DNA of 64,000 nt from Bacteroidales bacterium. Its GTDB lineage: Bacteria > Bacteroidota > Bacteroidia > Bacteroidales > UBA10428. The stretch covers positions 365,905-429,904 of the forward strand of contig CBDDKV010000002.1 of NCBI GenBank assembly GCA_965230395.1, in the 5' to 3' direction. The first letter of the stretch is position 1, and every line of letters starts with the position of its first letter. The notes beneath the pieces were generated by a model. The model had not been told where the DNA came from. It did not search any database and worked only from the letters and a program-made list of their open reading frames with translations. This document shows, one piece after another, positions 21,569 through 30,981 of this stretch. The translations under genes and the position numbers were made by a program.

Positions 21569-22570
21569 ATGATGAAATTAAAGAAAATAGTTGAAATTGT
21601 ATTTCTGGTGGGCTGCCAGGGGATAATCCCGGTAGTTGCCCAGGAGAAACTTCCTCTGCTTACGGGAGAAATTCCACCCTATCATTATATGGAGGGAGGA
21701 GAACAGCTTGGTTCAGGAACGGAAATGGTTAGTCTGGTTGTAACCCGTATGGGATATTTTCCTGAGATAGGCATGTACCCATTAAAGAGAGGTTTGAAAA
21801 TGATTATTGACAGGGAAGTTTCCCTGGTCTATGCTATAACTCCAACAAAGGAACGTACGGCTTTATTGTATTATTCAGTCCCTATAATGACGGTTATGGA
21901 TGTATTTGTAAAGCATAAAAAAAATGATTTTACCTGGGAAACAATTGATGACCTGGGAAAATATACCATTGGAATAACAGAGGGATACAACTATGGGAGC
22001 TTGTTTAATGAGGCCCGCAGGGAGGATAAACTTAAATTAGATTCGGTTACAATGGGAGGGAATGCCGAATTGAAGCAGTTAAGAAAAGTAAATTCAGGGC
22101 GGGTTGATTTATGTCTAATTGATATAAATTCGTTCATATTTTTTAAAAGAAAATATGCCCCCGAGTTCGATAACCTGGTTTTTATCAATAAGCCCCTGGA
22201 GGAGGAAAAATCTTGCCATGTAGGGGTTGTGAAAACTTATCCCGGAGCGAAAAAGCTGTTTAAAGAATTTAATGCCGAATTGGTGAAGTTTATCGCTGAA
22301 GGTAAACGTAAAGAAATCCATAATAAATTTGATATTATTACATCAATTGATGAAAACTTCCGAAATGGGGAAATTAAAGATCAATATACGGATTGGGAAA
22401 TTAAAGACAATACGTTCGATTGTCCTTTTATTCATTATACCGTTACTTGTGGTAACGGTGAAATCCGGTTAATCGATTTTCATATTTATAAACGGAGGTA
22501 TACATTAACCGATGGACGGTTTTTTTCTCACTTTAACATTGCAGCCGATCATGCGTGCCAGGAGAATTAA
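21569..22570 (+). CDS. Family-3 solute-binding protein with extra C-terminal module (tandem paralogue)
   Basis: 'TGEIPPYHY', 'GITEGYNYG', 'SGRVDL'; collinear with the preceding ORF, including the AADHAC tail. Confidence 0.75.
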   Translation: MMKLKKIVEIVFLVGCQGIIPVVAQEKLPLLTGEIPPYHYMEGGEQLGSGTEMVSLVVTRMGYFPEIGMYPLKRGLKMIIDREVSLVYAITPTKERTALLYYSVPIMTVMDVFVKHKKNDFTWETIDDLGKYTIGITEGYNYGSLFNEARREDKLKLDSVTMGGNAELKQLRKVNSGRVDLCLIDINSFIFFKRKYAPEFDNLVFINKPLEEEKSCHVGVVKTYPGAKKLFKEFNAELVKFIAEGKRKEIHNKFDIITSIDENFRNGEIKDQYTDWEIKDNTFDCPFIHYTVTCGNGEIRLIDFHIYKRRYTLTDGRFFSHFNIAADHACQEN

Positions 22571-22786
22571 CTAAAAAAAATAGAACTTTATGAAAAAGGG
22601 AAGAAGGTGAAAAATTCCTGGTAAATACCGTATGTCGTTTGTTGATTTTTCTGAATAAACCCACAGGTATACAGCAGTGAAACCCTGATTCTTGTCGGGC
22701 GGTTTTCCCCCTGGTCGTTCTATTGAAAACGGAGAAGTAGTTGGGCAAATACGGATGAAGGGAACAGAATTAAGGGGAATTTGCCG

Positions 22787-22966
22787 GAACAATGCCTTGT
22801 TTTGGAAATTAGCACAAACACCTTTAAAAGTAAAATAATCCATAATACCGTTACTTGAACTAACAGTCAAAAGAAATAGACAGATCATTCTGTAGACAAA
22901 CAAACTTTTATGTCCAATAACGGGGTGAATTTTTCTCATTTTAACTTTACAGCATAACGTTTATGT
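22787..22966 (+). pseudogene. Decayed third copy of the SBP C-terminal module
   Basis: Translates EQCLVLEISTNTFKSKIIHNTVT*TNSQKK*TDHSVDKQTFMSNNGVNFSHFNFTA*RLC, an ungapped 60-codon match to the two upstream modules with three in-frame stops. Confidence 0.75.
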
Positions 22967-23038
22967 CAATTAAGACTTAAAAGTTTTAAATTTATGGTTG
23001 TGATTAGCATACGGATATTTTTTTACAAGAGATAAATA

Positions 23039-25612
23039 ATGGATATACGCTCTGTCATACAAAAAAGTATTTTCGCTAAAGTCGGCATTATCATTGTCAT
23101 GATAAGCTCACTAACAATGGTGGGTGTTGGGGTTTGGGAGTATAAAACGCTACAGTTTAAAATGGAGGGAGAACTGACCCGAAAAGCAAAAATGATGTCG
23201 GAGCGCCTCTCAGTAACATTTATGAAAATAGTTTGGGACTATGACGATAAACTGGCAGCAAGTGTAATCCGTTCAGAGATGAAAGAAAAATCGGTCGCCG
23301 GAATATTTGTCGTGGAAAAGGAAAATGACAAGCCATTATACGGAGGGCAAATAAACGAAGAAGGGAAAATTGAGACAACAAAGAACCTCCCAAAAGATGG
23401 AGATTATATTGTAACAAAGCACATCATTATTAGGAATGATATTGAAATTGGAACAGTTTGGGTATACCTGACCCGTCACTACCTTCGGGAGTCACTTAGG
23501 TCTTCTTTAAGGACTATCCTGTTTCGGGTAATTGCTCTGGATTTAGTTATTGTATTATTATTAATATTCCTTATTCGGAGAGTAGTTATAACCCCATTAT
23601 CAACCATACGAAGGGCAATGCTGGGGCTACAGGAGGGCAACCTGAAGCAAAAGGCAGAGGTTCGTTCAAAGGATGAAATCGGGCAAATAGCAGACTCATT
23701 CAACCTTATGGCACAGCAACTTATTGCACGCGAAGAAGAATTACGAAAAAGTGAGGAGAGATACCGAAATATAATAACGAATGCCACAGAAGGAATATTT
23801 CAGGTAGATCCTGAAGGGAAATTTTTGATGGCTAATTCTTCCTTGGCAGATATATTGGGGGTTGACAGACCGGAAGAGCTAACAGATAAGGGATTTGAAG
23901 GAACGAAAGAATATTATGTAAATCCGTCAGACAGGGAGTATTTATATAGCATGTTTGAACAGGATAAAAAAATAAGCGGGTATGAGTTTCAGATATATAG
24001 AAAAGATAGAAGCATTATCTGGATAGCATTTAACGGAAGGGCAATAAAAGGGAAAAATGGAGAAATTCTGTATGCAGAAGGATTTATATCGGATATTACA
24101 GAAAGAAAAGCAATAGAGAAGGATCTACGGGAGCTCAACGAAGAGTTGGAAGTCAGGGTTAAGGATCGGACAATAGAAATAATTAAAGCAAAGGAAGACG
24201 CTGAATCGGCAAACAAAGCAAAAAGTGTTTTTCTTGCCAATATGAGCCATGAACTGCGCACTCCCCTGAATGTAATACTGGGCTACTCTAAACTCATGCA
24301 ACGCAATGTTTCACTCTCAAGAGAACAACTTAATTATTTGAATACCATAAACAGAAGCGGCACCCACCTCTTAACCTTAATAAACGACATACTTGAAATA
24401 TCAAAAATTGAGGCAGGAAGGGCAACGTTTGAATTTTCAACATTTGATGCATGGGCACTGATAAATGATTTGAAAGATATGTTTAAATCAGCAGCAGAGT
24501 CAAAAGGCCTTTACCTCCGGATAACCGGTCAGGAAAATATCCCTCAGTTTATTATCAGCGATTCCGCTAAATTCAGGCAAATAATGCTCAACCTTGTTAG
24601 TAATGCCGTTAAGTTTACAAAAGAAGGAGGAATTCAAATAAAACTTCGAAAAAAGGAACACCGAAAAGGAAAACTAAACCTCATTATCGAAGTAGAGGAT
24701 ACAGGTGTTGGTATTGCAGAGGGTGAAATCGACAGACTTTTCAAGCATTTTGAACAAACAGGCAGTGGCAGGCAGGAACAAACCGGAACCGGATTGGGAC
24801 TGGCAATTAGTAAAGAATATGCCCGGCTTATGGGGGGCAACCTGAGTGTGAAAAGCAAGCCGGGATTAGGGAGTACATTTAGCCTTGAGGTCCGTGTCAG
24901 TGAAGGAAGAGGAATGGAAATTGTCTCAGAGGAAGAACATCCGGTAGTTACAGGGGTAAAGTCCGGGCAAAAAACACCAAGGATCCTGGTTGTTGAAGAT
25001 CATGATGCAAACAGGGAACTTTTGATAGAACTAATGAGTATAGTTGGATTTCAGGTGCAGGAGGCAAAAAATGGGCAACAGGCGATACAGGCATTTCACA
25101 ACTGGCACCCCGATTTTATCTGGATGGATATTCGCATGCCGGTAATGAATGGATTGGAAGCAACAAAGAGAATTAAAGAGGCAGCACAGGGAAAACCGGT
25201 GTGTATCGTCGCTTTAACAGCACATGCAATGGAAGAAGAAAAGCAGGAAATACTGGCATCAGGTTGTGACGATTTTGTCCGTAAGCCTTTTTGTGAAAAC
25301 GAGATTTTTGAAATAATGTCAAAGTACCTTCAAATAGAATATGTTTACAAAGAAGATAAATCAACATCAAAGAAAAGAAAAGCAGAAAAAGGGGAGACGG
25401 CAGAACAGCTTGCTGAATTGCCGGATATTTTTATTAACGAACTTTATAAAGCCGTAGTAGAGATAAACATTGATAAAACACAAAAATTAATAACCCGTTT
25501 AAAAAGAGAAGACAAACATAGGGCGGAGGTGTTGGAAAAATATATTCAGAAACTGGACTATAGTGGATTGGAGAAGATATTGAAGGGAAGTGGTAAAATA
25601 CATTTACAGTAA
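23039..25612 (+). CDS. Membrane hybrid sensor kinase: 2TM/periplasmic + HAMP + PAS + HisKA + HATPase + REC
   Basis: HAMP 'DEIGQIADSFNLM', PAS/PAC 'DITERK', [26 protein letters not shown] '[13 protein letters not shown]'. Confidence 0.93.
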   Translation: MDIRSVIQKSIFAKVGIIIVMISSLTMVGVGVWEYKTLQFKMEGELTRKAKMMSERLSVTFMKIVWDYDDKLAASVIRSEMKEKSVAGIFVVEKENDKPLYGGQINEEGKIETTKNLPKDGDYIVTKHIIIRNDIEIGTVWVYLTRHYLRESLRSSLRTILFRVIALDLVIVLLLIFLIRRVVITPLSTIRRAMLGLQEGNLKQKAEVRSKDEIGQIADSFNLMAQQLIAREEELRKSEERYRNIITNATEGIFQVDPEGKFLMANSSLADILGVDRPEELTDKGFEGTKEYYVNPSDREYLYSMFEQDKKISGYEFQIYRKDRSIIWIAFNGRAIKGKNGEILYAEGFISDITERKAIEKDLRELNEELEVRVKDRTIEIIKAKEDAESANKAKSVFLANMSHELRTPLNVILGYSKLMQRNVSLSREQLNYLNTINRSGTHLLTLINDILEISKIEAGRATFEFSTFDAWALINDLKDMFKSAAESKGLYLRITGQENIPQFIISDSAKFRQIMLNLVSNAVKFTKEGGIQIKLRKKEHRKGKLNLIIEVEDTGVGIAEGEIDRLFKHFEQTGSGRQEQTGTGLGLAISKEYARLMGGNLSVKSKPGLGSTFSLEVRVSEGRGMEIVSEEEHPVVTGVKSGQKTPRILVVEDHDANRELLIELMSIVGFQVQEAKNGQQAIQAFHNWHPDFIWMDIRMPVMNGLEATKRIKEAAQGKPVCIVALTAHAMEEEKQEILASGCDDFVRKPFCENEIFEIMSKYLQIEYVYKEDKSTSKKRKAEKGETAEQLAELPDIFINELYKAVVEINIDKTQKLITRLKREDKHRAEVLEKYIQKLDYSGLEKILKGSGKIHLQ

Positions 25613-25778
25613 AAAATGTATGAAAGGTGTATTGGAAATAGCTGAATAATGGATAACTTTAAATTTAAGCATGAAAATAACAAATCAGTAAAGAATATAA
25701 AGAGAGAGTTTGTATGCATACATTGCCTCTTAATATCATAATTCAGGTTTTTCAGATAAAAATAAACGGAGAACCATA

Positions 25779-27554
25779 ATGGAAACGCAGGATTTGCAAA
25801 AAGATGGTCAACCGGAGGTCGTTGTTGTAGACGATTCTCTGGAAAGTCTGCAACTTTTAACAGATATCCTGACCCATCAGGGGTATAAGGTACGTCCTAC
25901 AACAAATGGACGTTTTGCTTTGCTTTCAATCGAAAAAAAACGGCCAGACCTGATAGTATTGGACGTAAATATGCCCGATATGAATGGTTATGAAGTTTGC
26001 AGCCGTTTAAAGTCTAATAAACACACTAAGCATATACCCGTACTCTTTATAAGTGCCCATAACGAAACCCAGGAGAAAGTGAAAGGGTTTGAGCTGGGAG
26101 CAGTAGATTTTATCACAAAGCCATTTGAACCCGAGGAAGTATCGGTAAGAGTGAAAACTCACCTGCATTTAAGGGACCTCAATGAAAAACTGGAACACCA
26201 GGTCTATTTAAGAACAAAGGAACTCGAAGAAATAAACAATAAGCTTCAACTTGAAATTGAAGAACGCAAACAAACAGAAAAAGAGTTGCTTTGTAACCGG
26301 AAAGAACTTAAAAACCAAATAGAAGAGTTTCAAAATCTAAATGAGGTACACCTTGTTCAGAATAAGGAATTGAAGAAAACACTGGAAGAACTCCGGAAAA
26401 CAAATAAGCAGTTGGTGGGGGCCCGTTCAAAAGCAGAAGAAAGCGATAAATTAAAATCGGCCTTTTTAGCAAATATGAGCCATGAGGTTAGAACACCAAT
26501 GAATGGGATACTTGGATTCGCATCTTTATTAAAAGATTCGGCACTGTCAAAGAAAGAACAGATTGAGTACATTGAGATTATTCAGAAAAACAGTAAAAGG
26601 CTATTGAATGTTATTGAAGATCTGATTGATATTTCCAAAATTGAGTCTGATCAAATAGACATAAAGTTGTTGCCGACTTCCCTTAATAAGGTTTTTAGCG
26701 ACTTATACCTCATTTACAAACAACCGATTGAGTGTAAGGGTTTGGAAATCAGGAATAATACTAGTTCAAAAATAAAAGATTGTGTAATTTATACCGATCA
26801 GGCAAAATTAACCCAGGTACTTTCAAACCTTTTGAGTAATGCAGTTAAATACACCAAGTGTGGTTATATTGAATTCGGGTATTCATTTGAAAGAAATGAT
26901 GTTCTTTTCTATGTAAGAGATTCAGGTATCGGAATACCCCAAGGTCTTGAGAAAACTATATTTGAGCGTTTTCGTCAGGCAGATCTTTCTCCTTTTAGTG
27001 AAGCAGAAGGTTCAGGCCTGGGGCTTTCAATTTCAAAAGCATTCGTTGAGAAAATGGGGGGGAAGATTGGAGTGAAATCTCAGGTTGGTCAGGGCTCTGA
27101 ATTTTATTTCACACTCCCGTTTATAGAAGAAGCAAAAGATATCGTTGAGAACGAAATGAAAATAAGGGCGGGGGGTGAAGCTGACTTTTCCGGAATCACT
27201 GTTTTGGTGGCAGAAGATGATGAGGCTTCATATGCACTTTTAAGGAAAATTTTAAGTCAAATGAATATCAAGACACTACATGCCATAAATGGAGAAGAAG
27301 CAATTGAACTTTGCGGCCAGGAGCCAGAGCCACAGTTAGTATTAATGGATCTCAAGATGAAGGGGATGGATGGACTAACGGCAACCCGGCAAATTAAAAG
27401 AACTAAACCCGACCTGCCGGTAATTGTACAAACAGCCTATACTTTAACAGTAGATCGAAATGCTGCATTAAGCTCTGGATGTGACGATTATCTCGAAAAA
27501 CCAATCAAAAAAGAGGAGCTGATAAGTTGCATTGAAAAGTATGTGGTCAGGTAG
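25779..27554 (+). CDS. Cytoplasmic hybrid kinase REC-HisKA-HATPase-REC
   Basis: N-terminal REC (VVDD..PDLIVLDVNMP..DFITKP), [21 protein letters not shown]-terminal REC (VLMDLKM). Confidence 0.93.
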   Translation: METQDLQKDGQPEVVVVDDSLESLQLLTDILTHQGYKVRPTTNGRFALLSIEKKRPDLIVLDVNMPDMNGYEVCSRLKSNKHTKHIPVLFISAHNETQEKVKGFELGAVDFITKPFEPEEVSVRVKTHLHLRDLNEKLEHQVYLRTKELEEINNKLQLEIEERKQTEKELLCNRKELKNQIEEFQNLNEVHLVQNKELKKTLEELRKTNKQLVGARSKAEESDKLKSAFLANMSHEVRTPMNGILGFASLLKDSALSKKEQIEYIEIIQKNSKRLLNVIEDLIDISKIESDQIDIKLLPTSLNKVFSDLYLIYKQPIECKGLEIRNNTSSKIKDCVIYTDQAKLTQVLSNLLSNAVKYTKCGYIEFGYSFERNDVLFYVRDSGIGIPQGLEKTIFERFRQADLSPFSEAEGSGLGLSISKAFVEKMGGKIGVKSQVGQGSEFYFTLPFIEEAKDIVENEMKIRAGGEADFSGITVLVAEDDEASYALLRKILSQMNIKTLHAINGEEAIELCGQEPEPQLVLMDLKMKGMDGLTATRQIKRTKPDLPVIVQTAYTLTVDRNAALSSGCDDYLEKPIKKEELISCIEKYVVR

Positions 27555-27933
27555 CAAGAAATAATGCACTCAAAATATTTACTCAATTAAGGTTATGTGT
27601 TTTTCAATGCTTTCATTCAAACCTCCTTTCAAAATGTTCATCCTTCTTAAGGAAAACCAATATTGATACGGTAAACCGTTTTAACCGTCAATGAAAAGCT
27701 CTCTTAAATCCAGACTATGTTGTTTAAAATAAACCAGGTATGTAATGGGTTAATAATGCGATGTTTAAGACTTTTTTTCGAAAGCGGAAAAAAATTCTTA
27801 CTGGTAAAACTTACAGATTGTAAATCAAAAGGCCTATACCGTTGAAGTCGACTTAAATTTTTAAAGCTTAATGGCGGAATATTCAATATAATGAAAGCTT
27901 AATAGTTTTTTTATTTACAAATCAAAAGAAAAA

Positions 27934-27965
27934 TTTGCACATTAGTAACAAAAATAGTACTTTTG
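27934..27965 (+). promoter_or_regulatory. asnB promoter
   Basis: TTTG (27934-37), 20-nt spacer, TActTTTG (27958-65). Confidence 0.7.
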
Positions 27966-27995
27966 AAACGATAACCTTAAAAAATACTAAATGAT

Positions 27996-29582
27996 ATGTG
28001 TGGATTTTCAGTTTATACGGGAGGGGATAAGAAACTGAGGCTTGATTTTGCCTATGAATTTAAAAAGATTAAATATCGCGGTCCTTGTAATTCAATAGTC
28101 AGAGACTTTGAAGACAAAGGCTGGATGGGTTTTCATCGTTTAAGTATAATGGATACTTCAGACAAAGGAAACCAGCCGTTGGTATACAAAAATGTAAACC
28201 TTGTCTGTAATGGAGAGGTTTATAACTTTAAACAACTTCGCGAGTCGTATGAAGATAAGTTCGACTTTGTTTCTGACAGCGATTGCGAAGTGATTATTCC
28301 AATGTTTTTAGAGAAAGGCATTCTTGAAACGGCAAAAGAACTGGATGCAGAATTTGTCTGTGTAATTTATGATTCAGTGCAGAAAAAATATTTTGCAGCA
28401 AGGGATCCGATTGGAATTCGTCCAATGTTCTATGGCTACACCGAAGCTGGCGATATTTGTTTTGCCAGCGAGATGAAAGCTTTACATAAATCATGTGAGG
28501 AAGTAAAGCCCTTTCCTCCGGGGCATGTGTATGATGGGGAAAAGTTTGTTTGTTATCGCGACATTTCTAAAGTTGATGAAGTCGTTGATGATGAATTAGA
28601 AGAAGTTTTCAGTAACCTGAATACTTTACTTACCAAAGGCGTTGAGAAACGTATGGAAGCCGATGTGCCCGTTGGGTTCTTATGCAGTGGAGGCCTGGAC
28701 TCCAGTTTAATTTGTGCTATCGCAGCAAGATTGACAGATAAACCAATTAAGACTTTCGCTGTGGGTATTGAAGATAGTGCAATTGATACCAAATATGCGA
28801 AGAAGGTTGCCGATTACCTTGGAGCAGACCACACCGAAGTACTATTCAAAAAGCAGGATATATTCGATACACTTGTTGACCTTATTTACAGGATTGAAAC
28901 CTGGGACATTACCACTATTCGCGCTTCGATGGGAATGTTCCTGGTATGTAAGTATATTAGCGAGAATACGGATATAAAAGTGTTAATGACCGGAGAAATA
29001 AGTGATGAAATATTTGGGTACAAGTATACCGATTACGCCCCTTCTCCTGAGGCATTTCAACAGGAAGCAGAGAAGCGTCTCCGTGAAATTTTCATGTACG
29101 ATGTGCTAAGGGCGGACAGGTGTATTTCTTCAAATGGCCTTGAATCACGCGTTCCTTTCGGCGATCTGGATTTTGTTGAGTATGTTATGAAACTTAATCC
29201 GGAAAAGAAAATGAACTTTACCGGGGTTGGTAAATACTTAATCCGTAAGGCTTTTGAAGGGGATTACCTGCAACAGGATATTTTGTATCGTGAAAAAGCC
29301 GCATTCTCTGATGCTCAGGGGCATACTGTTGTGGATTATCTTAAGGAATATGCGGAGGAGCTTTATTCGGATGAAGATCTTGAAGCTGCAAAAGATAAGT
29401 ACATATTCAGCACCCCTTTTACTAAGGAATCGCTAATGTACAGAGATATTTTTGAGAAGCACTTTCCGGGAAGGGCTGGTGTTATAAAAGACTTCTGGAT
29501 GCCAAATAAAGAGTGGGAGAACTGCGATGTTGACGACCCAAGTGCAAGGGTTCTTCCAAACTACGGAAAAAGCGGAGAATAA
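27996..29582 (+). CDS. asnB: Asparagine synthase (glutamine-hydrolysing)
   Basis: N-terminal MCG Ntn nucleophile, FHRLSIMD, CNGEVYN, SGGLDSS, ESRVPF. Confidence 0.95.
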   Translation: MCGFSVYTGGDKKLRLDFAYEFKKIKYRGPCNSIVRDFEDKGWMGFHRLSIMDTSDKGNQPLVYKNVNLVCNGEVYNFKQLRESYEDKFDFVSDSDCEVIIPMFLEKGILETAKELDAEFVCVIYDSVQKKYFAARDPIGIRPMFYGYTEAGDICFASEMKALHKSCEEVKPFPPGHVYDGEKFVCYRDISKVDEVVDDELEEVFSNLNTLLTKGVEKRMEADVPVGFLCSGGLDSSLICAIAARLTDKPIKTFAVGIEDSAIDTKYAKKVADYLGADHTEVLFKKQDIFDTLVDLIYRIETWDITTIRASMGMFLVCKYISENTDIKVLMTGEISDEIFGYKYTDYAPSPEAFQQEAEKRLREIFMYDVLRADRCISSNGLESRVPFGDLDFVEYVMKLNPEKKMNFTGVGKYLIRKAFEGDYLQQDILYREKAAFSDAQGHTVVDYLKEYAEELYSDEDLEAAKDKYIFSTPFTKESLMYRDIFEKHFPGRAGVIKDFWMPNKEWENCDVDDPSARVLPNYGKSGE

Positions 29583-29599
29583 ATTCCACACATATATCT

Positions 29600-30538
29600 T
29601 TAAACCGGGTTGAGTGATCTTCCCGGTTTTTCTATTTTATGACTAAAACTTTTCATAAGCTTGGAAATACTGTCAAACTGAAAAGAAAACCCTTCCCGGA
29701 GAAGTCTTTCCGGTATTGCAGACTGGTCATTTAGAAATACTTCTGAAAAGTCCCCCAAAAGTTTTTTTGTAAGCCAACTACTGGTTTTTAGGGTAAGGGC
29801 CTTGCGGGGATGAACAATAGACCTTTGCAGGTCAAGTGTAGTAACAGGGTTAGGAGACACAGCATTATAAACACCAGAATTTTTATCACTGGTTAAAATG
29901 AAGCCAAAAATTTTAATAAGGTCATTTATATGAACCCATGGAACGATCTGACGGCCATTGCCAAACACAGGGTTAACTCCATATTGCAATATTTTCTTCA
30001 TCTTAGGTAAATAGCCGCCTTCATTTGAAAGTACAATGCCAATTCTTACTATCGACAAAGGAATGCCGGCTTCAGAAAACAGACGGGCACTTTTCTCCCA
30101 ATCCCTGCATAAATCACATAAAAAACCTTTTCCGGCTTCACTGTTTTCCGTTAACAATACCTTAGGGCGGTGTCCGTAATACCCTACGGCTGATGCCTGA
30201 ATAATCTTCAGCGGCCTGGTTGCTGAGTTTTTAATACTTTCGGCAAGTAAACGGGTAGATTTAACCCGGCTCTCAATAAGAATTTTTTTCTGTTTTTTTG
30301 TCCAGTACTTATCTGCAATGGAAGCACCGGCAAGGTTTATTATGAAGTCCTGGTCAGTTATCGACTTCATATCAATTAAACTACTTTCAGGATCCCAGTA
30401 AAAAGCATTTCTTTTACTGTCTTTTTTCCTGCTAAGAATTGAAACATTATAACCATTGAGAGATAAATAGCTTGTCAGTGCCCGACCAATTAAACCGGAA
30501 CCTCCGGCAATCAATACATTTTTTCGGGTTAGGTTCAT
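29600..30538 (-). CDS. TIGR01777-family NAD-dependent epimerase/oxidoreductase (YfcH-like)
   Basis: GGSGLIG, INLAGASIA, ASAVGYYG, RIGIVLS and PWVHINDL motifs. Confidence 0.9.
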   Translation of the reverse strand: MNLTRKNVLIAGGSGLIGRALTSYLSLNGYNVSILSRKKDSKRNAFYWDPESSLIDMKSITDQDFIINLAGASIADKYWTKKQKKILIESRVKSTRLLAESIKNSATRPLKIIQASAVGYYGHRPKVLLTENSEAGKGFLCDLCRDWEKSARLFSEAGIPLSIVRIGIVLSNEGGYLPKMKKILQYGVNPVFGNGRQIVPWVHINDLIKIFGFILTSDKNSGVYNAVSPNPVTTLDLQRSIVHPRKALTLKTSSWLTKKLLGDFSEVFLNDQSAIPERLLREGFSFQFDSISKLMKSFSHKIEKPGRSLNPV

Positions 30539-30774
30539 CTTTACAATGCTGTACTCTTGTTGTTGTTAAATGTTAGTTTAGGACTAAAATTGCTAACGCA
30601 AAGTTTTGAATACATTTAATATTCTGGGCGCAAATTTTTAAACGAAATTGAAAACTCCCGATCAGCTGAAGACCTTATCCTTCGGCAGGTTCCACTCTTT
30701 ACTAAACAATCCTTGGAGGATATTGTTCTTTTTATTGAGAAGCTTAAAAATACCAAAGATTTAAAGAGGGAAAT

Positions 30775-30948
30775 ATGAGTAAAGAAAAAGTTCTTGAAAC
30801 AATGAGAAACGCCGGTAAAGCTTTAAAAGCTGGTGAAATAGCAGAATTGGCCGGACTGCCCCGGAAAGAAGTTGATAAAGCAATGAAAGAATTAAAAGCA
30901 GAAGAACTCATTGTGTCACCCAAACATTGTTGCTGGGAACCCAAATAG
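30775..30948 (+). CDS. 57-aa stand-alone winged helix-turn-helix protein (absent from ORF track)
   Basis: [57 protein letters not shown]; clear HTH pattern with a wing ending SPKxCxW. Confidence 0.85.
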   Translation: MSKEKVLETMRNAGKALKAGEIAELAGLPRKEVDKAMKELKAEELIVSPKHCCWEPK

Positions 30949-30981
30949 GCTATTGGCAGGGGCTTTCTTACAAACGATTCA

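Noticed and set aside
22571-22939. 122-aa minus-strand ORF
   Set aside because: It is the antisense shadow of the decayed + strand module and has no protein-like features.
15446-27700. Signalling cluster as an island integrated at tRNA-Glu
   Set aside because: No integrase or transposase, and I found no repeat of the tRNA 3' end at the far side. The second tRNA is a full unit with its own promoter, not an att scar.
30744-30944. 66-aa minus-strand ORF
   Set aside because: Antisense to the convincing 57-aa wHTH gene.
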